64,000 nucleotides of DNA. Origin: an uncultured Spirochaetota bacterium (GTDB lineage: Bacteria > Spirochaetota > Spirochaetia > SZUA-6 > Fen-1364). The position numbers and the translations under genes were made by a program. The stretch covers positions 192,001 to 256,000 of the forward strand of contig CAWGAA010000003.1 in NCBI GenBank assembly GCA_963820525.1, in the 5' to 3' direction. Positions 48,645 through 62,082 of this stretch are shown in pieces. Numbering within the stretch: position 1 is the stretch's first letter; the number at the start of each line of letters is the position of its first letter. A model generated the notes under the pieces. It had not been told where the DNA came from and ran no database searches. It was given only the letters and a program-made list of their open reading frames with translations.

Positions 48645-49595
48645 CTACAACCCCGCCCCTTCGATCACCGAAGAGACGAATCGCGCCGATGCGAGGAGTT
48701 TTTCGTCATCCTCGCGGGAGAGGGCGAAGTCGAGGGCCCTCTCGGCGCCGCCCGCTCCCACGATCGTGGGGAAGCTGAAAGCGGTGAGCTTGATGCCCCG
48801 ATAATCGAGGCGCACCGTTGAAACGGGCAGGATGCGCCGCTCGTTCCTCAATATCGCCTGGATGATCACGGACGCCGCCTGGGCGATGGCATAGAAAGTT
48901 GCCCCCTTTGCCTGGATGATTCGGTAGGCGGCTGCCCGCACGTACTCCTGCGCCTCGATGAACAGGCTCTCCGTTTCGCATCCGTGCCCGCAGACGGGAC
49001 AGAAGTCGGCCAGGCTCACTCCGCCGATCGTGGTGAGCGACCATGCGGGGAAAGAGGTATCTCCATGCTCTCCCAGCACGTAGCCGTGGATATTCATGGG
49101 GTTAATGCCGCAGCGGTGCGCCAAAAACTCGCGAAGCCGGGAAGAATCCAGCACGGTGCCGGAGCCGATAACGCGCGAGGCGGGGAATCCCGCCTCCTGG
49201 GAGGCGATGCGCCAGGCGATATAGGTGAGCACGTCAACGGGGTTCGAGATGATGAGCAGAATCCCGCGAAAGCCCGAGGAGAGCACGGAGCGGACGATGT
49301 CGCGCATGAGACCCGCGTTCCTGCCCAGAAGCTCCACGCGGGTCTCCCCCGGCTTCTGCTTGGCCCCCGCCGTCACCACGGTAATGGCCGCATCCGCGCA
49401 TGCCCCATAGTCCGAAGCGTATACCTTCACAGGCTCGCCCAGCGGCATGCCATGGGTGATGTCCAGGACCTCTGCCTCGGCTTTCTCGCGGTTCACGTCA
49501 ATGAGGGCAAGCTCGTCGACTACGCCCTTGATCGTCAGGTTATAGGCCAGGGTGGCTCCCACCGAACCGGCGCCGATAATGGCGACCTTTCCCAT
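48645..49595 (-). CDS. ldh: L-lactate dehydrogenase
   Basis: GAGSVG, AGAKQKPGETR, NPVD, GTVLDSSR, GEHGD. Confidence 0.92.
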   Translation of the reverse strand: MGKVAIIGAGSVGATLAYNLTIKGVVDELALIDVNREKAEAEVLDITHGMPLGEPVKVYASDYGACADAAITVVTAGAKQKPGETRVELLGRNAGLMRDIVRSVLSSGFRGILLIISNPVDVLTYIAWRIASQEAGFPASRVIGSGTVLDSSRLREFLAHRCGINPMNIHGYVLGEHGDTSFPAWSLTTIGGVSLADFCPVCGHGCETESLFIEAQEYVRAAAYRIIQAKGATFYAIAQAASVIIQAILRNERRILPVSTVRLDYRGIKLTAFSFPTIVGAGGAERALDFALSREDDEKLLASARFVSSVIEGAGL

Positions 49596-49628
49596 GCGTA
49601 TCCCTCCGTTTCCCGGGCTCAATAATAC

Positions 49629-50552
49629 CTAGATCCGCGAGGAAAGAAAGCTCTCGATCTCCTGGCGTGACGGCATCGAATCCTGGGCGCCGGGCCGCGT
49701 ACAGGAGATGGCTGCCCCGGCCGATGCCCGGCGCAGAGCGTCCTTCACATGCATGCCCTCGGCAAGCGCGGCGGCAAAGACCCCGCAGAAGCAATCCCCG
49801 GCGCCCACCGTATCCACGGCATCCACGGGAAACGCCGGCTGCCTCTCCACTCCGGCGGCGCTCACCCAGAGCGAGCCATCCTTTCCCAGGGTCACGATCA
49901 TGTTCTCGACGCCCCAGGAAAGGGGCTTGCGGGCAAGCTCCTCCACGGAGCCCGCATCCTCCGTGACGAGCGCGGAAAGCTCGTTCCTGTTGCAGATGAG
50001 ATAAGATACCGCGGCCAGTATTTCCCTCTCCGGCTTCCTGCCGATGGTCGGAGCCAGGTTCCAGATAACCACGTGCCCCGCGGCCCTGGCGCGGGCGATA
50101 AGCTCTTCGGTAGTCTTTCGGGGAATCTCGTTCTGGAACAGCCAGATGCAGCGTTCGCCCGGCGCCGCCGTCGTCGATTCGATGGGGGGAGTATCGAAGA
50201 GGAAGTTGGCGCCGGGGGCTACCGCAATCGTGTTTTCCCCGCGCGCGTCAACGGCGATCTGGGCAACTCCGGAATGCGTCCCGGCGAGAAGCCGGATCCC
50301 CCGAGTGGAAACCCCCGTTTTCTGGAGGCTCTCCAGCCTCTCATGCCCGAAGCGGTCGTTTCCCAGACAGCCGAACAGCTCCACCTTGCCGCCCGCGCGC
50401 GCGGCGGCAACCGCCTGATTGGCGCCCTTGCCGCCGGGAAAAGAAGCGAACCTCCCTCCGGTGACCGTCTCTCCGGGCATGGGCAGCCTCTCCACGTACA
50501 CGACCAGATCCGTATTGATGCTTCCGAAGACGAGTATTCGCGCGCTCATCAA
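49629..50552 (-). CDS. rbsK: Ribokinase
   Basis: GSINTD, GGKGANQAVAAAR, QNE, DTVGAGDCF. Confidence 0.9.
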   Translation of the reverse strand: MMSARILVFGSINTDLVVYVERLPMPGETVTGGRFASFPGGKGANQAVAAARAGGKVELFGCLGNDRFGHERLESLQKTGVSTRGIRLLAGTHSGVAQIAVDARGENTIAVAPGANFLFDTPPIESTTAAPGERCIWLFQNEIPRKTTEELIARARAAGHVVIWNLAPTIGRKPEREILAAVSYLICNRNELSALVTEDAGSVEELARKPLSWGVENMIVTLGKDGSLWVSAAGVERQPAFPVDAVDTVGAGDCFCGVFAAALAEGMHVKDALRRASAGAAISCTRPGAQDSMPSRQEIESFLSSRI

Positions 50553-50657
50553 CGCCCCTCCCGTATGGTAGGAATGGCGGCTCTCGATGTCAATTCAATA
50601 ACGCGGCCGCGGCCGTTTGTTGCCACCGTTCACTCCTTTTGCTATTATCCTCCCCAC

Positions 50658-53507
<2,850 letters not shown>

Positions 53508-53508
53508 A

Positions 53509-54355
53509 GTGGAGCCCCTTCGGGAGTCCCTCGACTCCCTCTATTCGAAGCTCAACCGCAGGCGCTTCGTTCATCCCGATCCGCTCGAGTTCCTCTATCG
53601 ATACGACAGCGCTCAGGACCAGGAGATCGCGGGCCTGGTATCGGCCTGTCTCGCCTACGGAAGGGTGGCACAGATCCTGTCGAGCGTGGGACGCGTTCTG
53701 GACCCCATGGGGGAAAGCCCCAGAGGATTCCTCGATCGGTACGCCCGAGGCCGATATCTCCTCCATCTTTGCCGGCTTCGTCCATCGCTTCACGTCGGGG
53801 CGGGAGCTTGCTGCGCTCCTCATCGGGGTGAAAAGGGCCCTCTCGCGGTACGGGAGCCTGGAGGAGCTTTTCAGGAGGGGACAAGGGGCGGGCGACGAGA
53901 CGATCCTTCCGGCTCTGTCCGCCTTCGTGGCCGGGCTCCGCGTCCTGTCGGAGAGCGGCTGCCCCAGCCTCATGCCATCCCCCCAGGACGGCAGCGCCTG
54001 CAAGAGGCTGAACCTCTACCTCAGATGGATGGCGCGAGCTGATGCGGTGGATCCCGGCCCGTGGAAAAAGGTTTCGGCCGCCAGGCTCGTCGTTCCCCTG
54101 GACACCCACATGCACAGGATCTCGCGCGCCCTCGGTCTCACAAAACGGAAGCAGGCAGACTTGAAGACCGCCCTCGAGGTGACCCGCGCCTTCCGGGAGC
54201 TTCGCCCCCGCGACCCCGTCCGATACGACTTCGCCCTCACCCGCCTGGGGATACGCAAGGACTGCGCGGAGAATCCGTTTTCCCGCGCGATGGAAGGGAA
54301 CATCAGCCGATATCGAGGACCTCGCGAACCGTGCGGGCAAGAGACTCCCTCGTGA
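53509..54355 (+). CDS. TIGR02757/DUF2400-family protein, +1 frameshift near 53737
   Basis: DPLEF..RY...D.EIAG...A.LAYG in one frame; SACKRLNLYLRWM, PLDTH and DPVRYDFAL in the next. Confidence 0.85.
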
Positions 54356-56288
54356 AAGGCTTTTGGAGGAGCTTCGATCCTCCCTCTCTCTTCTTCCCGT
54401 CCATCGGTACTTCGGCGGTATAGCCGGATACGAAAAGGACCCGGCATTCGGGGTACCGCTCCGTGAGCTGCTCGGCGAGGAGCGGCCCGCTCATGAGGGG
54501 CATGACGATATCCGTCACGAGTAGATCGATGGGCTCCTGGCCGTGCTCTCCAACCGTCCGCAGGGCATCGATCCCGTTCTCGGCCTCGCTCACGCGATAA
54601 CCCTCTTCCTCGAGCACGCGGACGATCAGCTGCCGCACGAGCGGCTCGTCCTCTACGACGAGCACCCTCTCTCCCCTGCCGGGCGTCCGGAGAGCCGGCT
54701 CGGCGGGATGGTCCGCCTGCGCCTCCAGCTCAAGCGCGGGAAGGTAGACCCGGAACATGGACCCGCTGCCCCGCTCGCTTTCCACTTCGATATGGCCGCC
54801 GCTTTGCGCCACGATTCCGTACACGGTGGACAGGCCCAGGCCCGTCCCTTTGCCCAGCTCCTTGGTCGTAAAGAACGGCTCGAAGATCCGTGAGCGGGTA
54901 TTATCATCCATTCCCGTGCCGGTGTCGCTCACCGAGATGGCGGCGTAGCGTCCCGGATTGACGCCGATGTGCGAGCGGGCGTACCCCTCGTCCAGATCGA
55001 CGTTTCTGGTGGAGATCGCGAGCCTTCCTCCCTCGGCCATCGCGTCGCGGGCGTTCACGGCAAGGTTCAGGATCACCTGGTGAATCTGCCCCGGATCTCC
55101 TTCAACCCGTCCCAGCTCGGGATCCAGATTCGTCGCCAGGGCTATGTCCTCCCCGATGAGCCGACGGAGCATGGCCGTGATCTCGGAGATCACGGCGTTG
55201 ATGTCCACGACGGTCCGTTTGAGCATTTGCTTCCTGCCGAATGCGAGAAGCTGTTGGGTGAGGGAGGCGGCACGTTCCGCCATCTTCTTGATCTGGGAGA
55301 CATCGTCGCGCATGTCGCTGCCCGCCGGCATATTGAGCAGCAGCAGGTCGCTCAGCCCGAGAATCAGGGTCAGAATGTTGTTGAAATCGTGGGCAATCCC
55401 CCCGGCGAGAGTCCCAATCGCCTCCATTTTCTGGGCCTGCCGCAGCTGCTCCTCGAGAAGCATCTTCTCCTCTTCCATTCGTTTGCGCTCGGTGATGTCG
55501 GAGAAGAGGCCGAAGGCGAAGATCCTGCCCGATACCTCGGCAGTCGTGCGCGCGCGATCATGGATCCAGATCCAGCGGCCGTCCTTCCGCCGGATCCTGT
55601 ATTGCTGATCGAAATCCTTTCCCTCGGAGAACAGGAGCCGGTAATTCAGCTTCACCCTCTCCGAATCCTCGGGATGTAGCCGCCCGAACCAGATCTCTTC
55701 GCCCCCCTGATAGACTTCCTCCGCGGTGAATCCGTAGATGCCCTTCACATTGGAGCTGATGAATATCGTCCGCCCTTCCTGGTCGGATGACCAGATGCAG
55801 GTCGGGATGTTCTCGATGATCAGGCGGTATCTCTCTTCGCTTTCCCGCAGTCTCCGCTCGGCATCCTTCAGCTCGGAGATCTCGACGGCGATCCCCCGGA
55901 CCCCCGCGGGCTTGCCTCCCCGGAGGATGGCCTTGCTGTAGATGAGCACGGGATAGGAGCTTCCGTCCTTTCTCACAAAGAGGTACTCATGCCCGCTTCC
56001 CTGCTCTCCCGCCAGAACGCTTTCGATATTCTGACGCGCCCGCGCGCGGTCCTGCGAGGCGACCAGGCTGAGCACGGAGATGCCGCGTTCCATGTCCTCA
56101 TGCGAATAGCCGGTGGAGACGAATCCATGCTGGTTCGAGTAGGTGAGCCTTCCGTTTATGTCCATCTCGAAGACGAGCTGGGGAAGCAGATCCGCGAGCT
56201 CCCTGAAGTGCTCCCGGCTTTCATTGAGCGCGTGGCTGGATTCTTGGGGTGCGATGGGATCGGTTTTTTTCGATAACCTGCGGCTCAT
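54303..56288 (-). CDS. Hybrid sensor kinase (two PAS, HisKA, HATPase, receiver)
   Basis: AGGIAHDFNN, NLAVNARDAM, FFTTKELGKGTGLGL, DIVMP. Confidence 0.93.
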   Translation of the reverse strand: MSRRLSKKTDPIAPQESSHALNESREHFRELADLLPQLVFEMDINGRLTYSNQHGFVSTGYSHEDMERGISVLSLVASQDRARARQNIESVLAGEQGSGHEYLFVRKDGSSYPVLIYSKAILRGGKPAGVRGIAVEISELKDAERRLRESEERYRLIIENIPTCIWSSDQEGRTIFISSNVKGIYGFTAEEVYQGGEEIWFGRLHPEDSERVKLNYRLLFSEGKDFDQQYRIRRKDGRWIWIHDRARTTAEVSGRIFAFGLFSDITERKRMEEEKMLLEEQLRQAQKMEAIGTLAGGIAHDFNNILTLILGLSDLLLLNMPAGSDMRDDVSQIKKMAERAASLTQQLLAFGRKQMLKRTVVDINAVISEITAMLRRLIGEDIALATNLDPELGRVEGDPGQIHQVILNLAVNARDAMAEGGRLAISTRNVDLDEGYARSHIGVNPGRYAAISVSDTGTGMDDNTRSRIFEPFFTTKELGKGTGLGLSTVYGIVAQSGGHIEVESERGSGSMFRVYLPALELEAQADHPAEPALRTPGRGERVLVVEDEPLVRQLIVRVLEEEGYRVSEAENGIDALRTVGEHGQEPIDLLVTDIVMPLMSGPLLAEQLTERYPECRVLFVSGYTAEVPMDGKKREGGSKLLQKPFTRESLARTVREVLDIG

Positions 56289-56450
56289 CGGCTTTCAATT
56301 CCGATTCTATCTCCGCACCGCAAGGAATGTAAAGCTTCGCCGCCGGGCCCCGCCCGAGCCTTATCAAGCCATGGGGGAATTGGTACCTTTTTATGGGGCC
56401 TCAGGAATTACACGGCAACGCGCCGGTTGGGCGGACGCGAGGAGGTGAAA

Positions 56451-57665
56451 ATGTCGGTAAGATCCATCATCGAAAACGCCCTGGAGCAGGGCAAGGGCAT
56501 TCTCCGGCTGGCGCCGAACTGGGTGCCGAGGGTCTTCTGCGTGCCAGGCAGGCGGATCAAGCTGCATCCCGACGACTACTATGCCCTGGGCGGAGATCGG
56601 GGCGGAATAGATGAACGCTGGTTCTCTTCCACTACCCCCGCCGACAATGGGCCCAAGACGAGCCCGAACGAGGGCCTTTCCTTCATTATATTCGAGGACG
56701 GAGGCCGCGTTGAGAAGGCGCTTTTGCGCGACGCCGTTTCGGAGCTGAAGGAAAACATCATCGGCCGGCGGATCTGGAGCGCCTGCAAGAGCTGGCCCAT
56801 GTATTCCAAGTTCTTCGACAACAAGGGCGCCCTGCCTCACCACGTGCATCACCGCGACCAGCACGCAAAGCTGCTCGGCCAGTCGGGCAAGCCGGAAGCC
56901 TACTTCTTTCCTACCCAGCTCAATAACTACGGCGGGGACTTTCCCTTCTCGTTCTTCGGCCTCAATCCGGGCACCACGAAAGACCAGGTGAGGGAGTGCC
57001 TGAGAAACTTCGCCGCGGGAGACAACAAGATCACCAATCTCTCCCAGGCCTCCCGCCTGGAGCTCGGCACGGGCTGGGACGTGCCCGCAGGTGTCCTGCA
57101 TGCGCCTGGAAGCCTCTGCACCTACGAGCCGCAGAAGGCCTCCGACGTGTTCTCGATGTTCCAGTCCCTTGCGGGAGACGCGATCATCCCCGAGGAGCTG
57201 TTGTGGAAAAACGTGCCCAAGGAAAGACGGGGCGACATCGACTTCCTCATCGAGATCCTGGACTGGGAAGCCAATGTGGATCCCGATTTCGCGGCCAAGC
57301 ACTTCATGAGGCCCAAGCCGGCCAGGCAGGCCGAGAATACCGAGGCTGAAGGCTGGCGGGAGAACTGGATCGTCTATCGCTCGGCCGTTTTCAGCGCCAA
57401 GGAGCTGACGGTTCTGCCCGGAAAAACCGTGACGGCCAATGACAGCGCCGCCTATGGGATGATCCTGCTCCAGGGTCACGGCAAGATGGGGGTGTGGGAC
57501 ATCGACACGCCGGCCCTTATCCGCTACGGCCAGCTCACCATGGATGAGTTCTTCGTGACCGAGGACGCCGCTCGCGCGGGGGTCGTCATCTCAAACCCCT
57601 CCAGAACCGACCCCATCGTGATATTGAAGCACTTCGGGCCGGAGAACCCGGACCTCACGCTGTAG
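56451..57665 (+). CDS. Cupin-fold sugar-phosphate isomerase (mannose-6-phosphate isomerase-like)
   Basis: LPHHVH, KPEAY, GVLHAPG, EPQKASD; AGGAGG SD. Confidence 0.7.
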   Translation: MSVRSIIENALEQGKGILRLAPNWVPRVFCVPGRRIKLHPDDYYALGGDRGGIDERWFSSTTPADNGPKTSPNEGLSFIIFEDGGRVEKALLRDAVSELKENIIGRRIWSACKSWPMYSKFFDNKGALPHHVHHRDQHAKLLGQSGKPEAYFFPTQLNNYGGDFPFSFFGLNPGTTKDQVRECLRNFAAGDNKITNLSQASRLELGTGWDVPAGVLHAPGSLCTYEPQKASDVFSMFQSLAGDAIIPEELLWKNVPKERRGDIDFLIEILDWEANVDPDFAAKHFMRPKPARQAENTEAEGWRENWIVYRSAVFSAKELTVLPGKTVTANDSAAYGMILLQGHGKMGVWDIDTPALIRYGQLTMDEFFVTEDAARAGVVISNPSRTDPIVILKHFGPENPDLTL

Positions 57666-57703
57666 GGCGAAAGTCGCTGGCTCGCGCCCGCGGCGGCAAG
57701 CCC

Positions 57704-58084
57704 TCAGGGCTGCACCAGCCAATCCTTTGCTTCTTCCGGCTTGTCGAACATGGTGAGCTTGGCCCGAGAAACGAAATTGATGATGTTCATCAGGACTTTT
57801 TGGATGCTGGACACGCCGACAACGCACTCCTTTTCCACGATCTGTTTCGCGTTGGTGTAAGCGGCCAGCTTCTTCAGCTCGTCAAGGATTTGCTGATCCG
57901 GAATCGAGTTGGTAACGTCGGAGAGAAACAGCGTCTTGGAATTCAAGCCGTCCGCGATTTCCTTCACTTTCTTGATCGTCTCCATCGCCTGCGTCTTCTG
58001 CTCGGGTATGGATGCGCGAAGGTTCGTATAGTCGATATACAGAATCTGTTTCCCTTTGTGTTCGACCCACCGCACTCTTTCCAT
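57704..58084 (-). CDS. Hypothetical protein (STAS/SEC14-like)
   Basis: HKGKQILYIDY...FDKPEEAKDWL pattern; SD present. Confidence 0.7.
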   Translation of the reverse strand: MERVRWVEHKGKQILYIDYTNLRASIPEQKTQAMETIKKVKEIADGLNSKTLFLSDVTNSIPDQQILDELKKLAAYTNAKQIVEKECVVGVSSIQKVLMNIINFVSRAKLTMFDKPEEAKDWLVQP

Positions 58085-58180
58085 GCTGCCCCCCTCAACG
58101 ATTCAATATTGAATAAATATACAATCAGCTATTGTTTTTTTCAATGCGGGAGCATGGCAGAGGGCGGGGCCGCGGTTGGC

Positions 58181-59044
58181 TCACCCCCGCCCTTTGCCCG
58201 CCCTGCCCCTCCGCTTCAGAAAATCCTCGAGCACATCGCCATGATCGAAGGCGAGCGTGAGGTCTCGAATCTCTTCCGGTTCGGCCACGAGGACGTCCGC
58301 CGCGTCGTCACCGGCTCTAGGAGTGCCTTCCGCGCGGGCGCTGAATACGGTAGTGACAGTGTGAAAGCGCGGGTCTCGCAGGGGATTCGAATACGTGTGG
58401 AATTGCTCCAGATCGAGAAGCTCCATGCCCGTTTCCTCGCGCGCTTCTCTTCGCACCGCCTCCTCCAGGCTCTCGCCGTAGTCCACGAACCCGCCGGGGA
58501 GGGCGTACCCGAAGGGGGGACTTGACCGCTTCACGAGCACGATGCCGACGGATTGCGCCCGCTGCACCTCGATGATCGCATCCACCGTAACGAAGGGCCC
58601 CCAGATGAGGACGTCGAGGAAATGCCGGATGTAGCCCGTGGCCGCCTTTTCGAACTCGGCGAAAGCGGGCCCATCGGGATGGCGGAGCCGGATCGAGCGC
58701 AGCGCGGATCCGCCGCTTCGCGCCAGGCGGATGGCCTCCTGCGCCATGATCTTCGCCGAGGCGACGGGCGAAAGTCCGCCGGGCCGGCACCCGAGCGCGG
58801 GAAGCGCAATGGAGGAGAGCTTCAGGGAATCCGCCTCGGAAAGGCAGCGGGCGCAGGCGGCCCGGACCGAACGCTCATCGGGGGCGCCGGTTGAAGCCGC
58901 CGTGGAAACTCGGAAGAGCGCCGGTTTGCCGCGGCCGGCTGGCTCGATGACGAATCCCTCAGCCGTTTCCACGACCACGACTGATACGTGAGCCTCGGCG
59001 GATTCCATCCGCTCCACGCGGATCTCGATACCCTTGATATTCAC
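58181..59044 (-). CDS. Macro-like domain fused to a Nudix hydrolase
   Basis: SIALPALGC..GG macro motif; Nudix box GGFVDYGESLEEAVRREAREETG; RDPR, AGDDA, LAFDH. Confidence 0.85.
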   Translation of the reverse strand: MNIKGIEIRVERMESAEAHVSVVVVETAEGFVIEPAGRGKPALFRVSTAASTGAPDERSVRAACARCLSEADSLKLSSIALPALGCRPGGLSPVASAKIMAQEAIRLARSGGSALRSIRLRHPDGPAFAEFEKAATGYIRHFLDVLIWGPFVTVDAIIEVQRAQSVGIVLVKRSSPPFGYALPGGFVDYGESLEEAVRREAREETGMELLDLEQFHTYSNPLRDPRFHTVTTVFSARAEGTPRAGDDAADVLVAEPEEIRDLTLAFDHGDVLEDFLKRRGRAGKGRG

Positions 59045-59802
59045 GGTTGGCCTCCATCACGCGCTCCACGCGGAAAGACTATCTCCATCGGCAGGCCCAA
59101 TTCGTCCCGCACAGGTATGCCTGCAAGCGCGACAAGCCCCGCCCGGCGCGACTGGAGCGCGCTTGCCGCGAGCGCCAAAGCGTCTATGATGTCATCCGCC
59201 GCGCAATCCCGCCGGGGATACCGATCCAGCGACTCGCGCAGGATCTTTCCCGGCTCGGCGATGAAGTGCCGCAGGAGCCGTATCCTCTCCTCCCGACCCG
59301 CGAAGGTTTTCTTCCGATGGCGAAGACCCCTGCCCTTCATGGCTCGAAAACAGACCTCGGGATGAGATTCCCGCACGAGCCCCCTGGCTCCGCCGATGCC
59401 GCGAAGAAACCGGTCCAGCTCGCGGATCTTCGCCGTGATCCCGAGGCTCTGGCGGGAGAGCCCCTTGCCCGTCAGGCGTCTCTGGGCGGCGAGTGCCGCC
59501 GCGGGGCTCGAAGCAAACACGGCATCCCTGCAGGGCACGGGAAAGACGCTCGAAGCGCTCGGCCCGCCCCGGGAACCTTTTCCCAGAATGGCCCTGGCAA
59601 GAGAGTCGCAGCGCCTTCCGCCTTTGCCGCCGGGCAGCCCGATCGGCATGTCTATGAGAATGAGCGATGCCCTCCGCCACCGCGACCACAGCTCTCCAAG
59701 AGTGGGAAAGAGCTCCGCTTCCCACGACCGCGGCCCGCAAAGGGCAACGCCAAACCATCCCGCCCTGCATCCGTCAACGCCGCAGAAAAATGGCATCCTC
59801 AC
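59041..59802 (-). CDS. DUF429-family predicted nuclease (RNase H-like)
   Basis: GVDGCRAGW, IDMPIGL, ESHPEVCF, DDIIDA. Confidence 0.85.
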   Translation of the reverse strand: MRMPFFCGVDGCRAGWFGVALCGPRSWEAELFPTLGELWSRWRRASLILIDMPIGLPGGKGGRRCDSLARAILGKGSRGGPSASSVFPVPCRDAVFASSPAAALAAQRRLTGKGLSRQSLGITAKIRELDRFLRGIGGARGLVRESHPEVCFRAMKGRGLRHRKKTFAGREERIRLLRHFIAEPGKILRESLDRYPRRDCAADDIIDALALAASALQSRRAGLVALAGIPVRDELGLPMEIVFPRGARDGGQP

Positions 59803-59931
59803 GGGGCAAGTATAGAAGCCGATGGTAATGCGGGCAAGGCGGCGGTTGTCCGGGCCTTTTTCGAGTATGATACAATCCGCCCTATGCTCCCGAATATCCC
59901 TCTGCTCCCGTATATTTGAAGGGAGGCCGGC

Positions 59932-60756
59932 ATGGAAAACGAAATCGTCTTCGAGAACGTTTCATTCCGCTATCCCGAAACCGAGAGAGACGTGTTCAGC
60001 GGCCTCTCGCTCGCCCTCCCCGGAGGCATCGTTTCTCTCATCGGTCAGAACGGAACGGGAAAATCTACTCTCCTGCTCCTCGCCGCGGGAAGCCTTCTGC
60101 CCTCGGAAGGCAAGGTGCTCCTGAAGGGCCTGGACACGCGCGACCTGCGCGACGAAGAGGAGCGGCATCGGCACATCTCTTTCATTTATCAGAACATGGA
60201 GTTTGAAACTGAAGAGCCGATCTCCCGGCTCCTCCAGTTCGTGTACGAGGACGGTTTCCACGCCAGGAAAAGCCCTGAGTTCATCCAGGAGCTTGTCGAG
60301 GTATTCGAGCTCTCGCCCGTCCTGGGCAGGAAGACCCAGGAGGTGAGCAAGGGGGAGCTGCAGCGGACCATCCTCGCCTTCAGCCTTCTGTACGGCTCTC
60401 CCGTGCTCGTGATGGACGAGCCGATTTTCGCCCTGGAGGATTACCAGAAGAAAAGGGCGATGGATTACCTCCAGGGGTACGTGCGGCGGACGGGGGTGAG
60501 CCTGTATTACTCGGTTCACGAGCTTGACATCTCGGAAAAATATTCCGACTACATCCTGCTTTTTTCCCGCGCTGCCGAACCCCGCCTGGGCCCCACCGCG
60601 GAGCTCTTTACGCGGGACACGATCGAAAAGGCCTACGAGGTTCCCTACTTCATGCTGAAGCGCAGGGAAGAGCTGTATCGCAAGTACCTCGTGGAGCTGT
60701 TGAAGACGCGCGGCCGGCGGGGGAAAGAAAACGCGGGAGAGAATTCCGAAGTTTGA
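59932..60756 (+). CDS. ABC transporter ATP-binding protein
   Basis: GQNGTGKST, VSKGE, MDEP, H-loop. Confidence 0.88.
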   Translation: MENEIVFENVSFRYPETERDVFSGLSLALPGGIVSLIGQNGTGKSTLLLLAAGSLLPSEGKVLLKGLDTRDLRDEEERHRHISFIYQNMEFETEEPISRLLQFVYEDGFHARKSPEFIQELVEVFELSPVLGRKTQEVSKGELQRTILAFSLLYGSPVLVMDEPIFALEDYQKKRAMDYLQGYVRRTGVSLYYSVHELDISEKYSDYILLFSRAAEPRLGPTAELFTRDTIEKAYEVPYFMLKRREELYRKYLVELLKTRGRRGKENAGENSEV

Positions 60757-60816
60757 AAGGGCGGCCTGCGGGCAGAGGCGTGGTTCTTCAGCGGGGCTTG
60801 GAGGAGCGAAGCGTTG

Positions 60817-62034
60817 CTAGCGCTTGAAGGCGTGCAGCACCTTCTTCACCCCGGCGATGCACAAATCGATGTGCGATCTCTCCCACGATGGGTGGACAAA
60901 GAGGACCACGGTCCGGGCCCGGAGCCTCTCCGCTGTTTCACAGGGAGTCTTTCCGCCCCACAGCGCGGCGATGTCGTGGAAGGCAGGCTCCTCGTAGGCT
61001 TCCCGCCAGCGGACCGAGGCGCAGGGAATCCCCTCTGCCGCGAGCGCCTGGCGGAAGGTATCAGCCCCACAGGTAAGTTTCTCCGTGTCGAGCTGAACGG
61101 GGTACTGCCAATAGGCGCATTTCCTCGCCTCGTTGGAGAGGGGAAGGGCCCCAATCCCGTAGAGCTGCCCAAGCGCGTGATCGTATGCCTTTGCGTAGCC
61201 GAAGCGGCGGGACAGGTTCCACGAATCCAACCGCGTGAGCTCCGCCATTCCGATGGCGGACTGAATTTCAGTGAGGCGATAGTTGTAGCCCACCCGCCTG
61301 TTGGCGGCCGGCGGCTGCTCGTCTCCGGGCGCGAGGAGGAGCCAGCCCTCCGCGTCGTAGCCTTGATCCCGGATGGAGCGAAGCTCACGGGCAAGCTCGC
61401 CGTCGTTCGTGACGAGCATCCCGCCCTCGCCCCCCGTGGTCAGGTGCTTGTTCTGGGAGAAGCTGAAGCAGCCCACATCTCCCAGCGTTCCCGCCTTCTT
61501 CCCCCTGTATTCCCCGCCGATGCACTGGGCGCAGTCCTCGACCACGGAAAGGCCGCCGGCGCGGGCCACTTGGAGGATCGCTCCCATGTCGCAGACGACC
61601 CCGTAGAGGTGCACCACGATCACGGCGCGGGTCTTCTCCGTGATCAAGCCTTCGAGCCTACGTGGATCGATCGTGTGATCGGCGGATGCGTCACAGAACA
61701 CGGGGACGGCGCCGGTGTGGAGGACGGAAAATGCCGAGGCGATGAAGGAGTGGGACGGGACGATGACCTCGTCACCCGAGCCGATTCCGAGGGCGACCAG
61801 CGCCGCGTGCAGGGCCGCGGTTCCGCTGGAACAGGAAACGGCGTTCGGCGAGCCCAGCCACTCCGCCCACCTCCTCTCGAACTGGCGGCCTTTCGAGCCG
61901 GCCCAGTAGGTGAGCCTGCCCGATCGGAGAGTCTCGATTGCCTCGACGCTGGCCCGCTCGGAGAGCTGGGGCCATGAGGGAAACGGCTCCCGAGTGACGG
62001 GTTCGCCGCCGAAGATCGCCAGCTTATCGGACAT
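60817..62034 (-). CDS. DegT/DnrJ/EryC1/StrS PLP-dependent aminotransferase
   Basis: SGTAALH, EDCAQ, FSFSQNKHLTTGGEGG, GYNYR. Confidence 0.92.
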   Translation of the reverse strand: MSDKLAIFGGEPVTREPFPSWPQLSERASVEAIETLRSGRLTYWAGSKGRQFERRWAEWLGSPNAVSCSSGTAALHAALVALGIGSGDEVIVPSHSFIASAFSVLHTGAVPVFCDASADHTIDPRRLEGLITEKTRAVIVVHLYGVVCDMGAILQVARAGGLSVVEDCAQCIGGEYRGKKAGTLGDVGCFSFSQNKHLTTGGEGGMLVTNDGELARELRSIRDQGYDAEGWLLLAPGDEQPPAANRRVGYNYRLTEIQSAIGMAELTRLDSWNLSRRFGYAKAYDHALGQLYGIGALPLSNEARKCAYWQYPVQLDTEKLTCGADTFRQALAAEGIPCASVRWREAYEEPAFHDIAALWGGKTPCETAERLRARTVVLFVHPSWERSHIDLCIAGVKKVLHAFKR

Positions 62035-62082
62035 GACGAGCGGATCCCGACCCATACTATCATGATCTCGCCGACCGTCAAC

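Noticed and set aside
49749..50657. N-terminal extension making ValS 1252 aa
   Set aside because: Antisense to rbsK; the ValS-like sequence starts at ATG 50658.
58150..58210. Further degenerate repeat copy (ATGGCAGAGGGCGG...CCGCCCTTTGCC)
   Set aside because: Too short to distinguish from an ordinary GC-rich hairpin.
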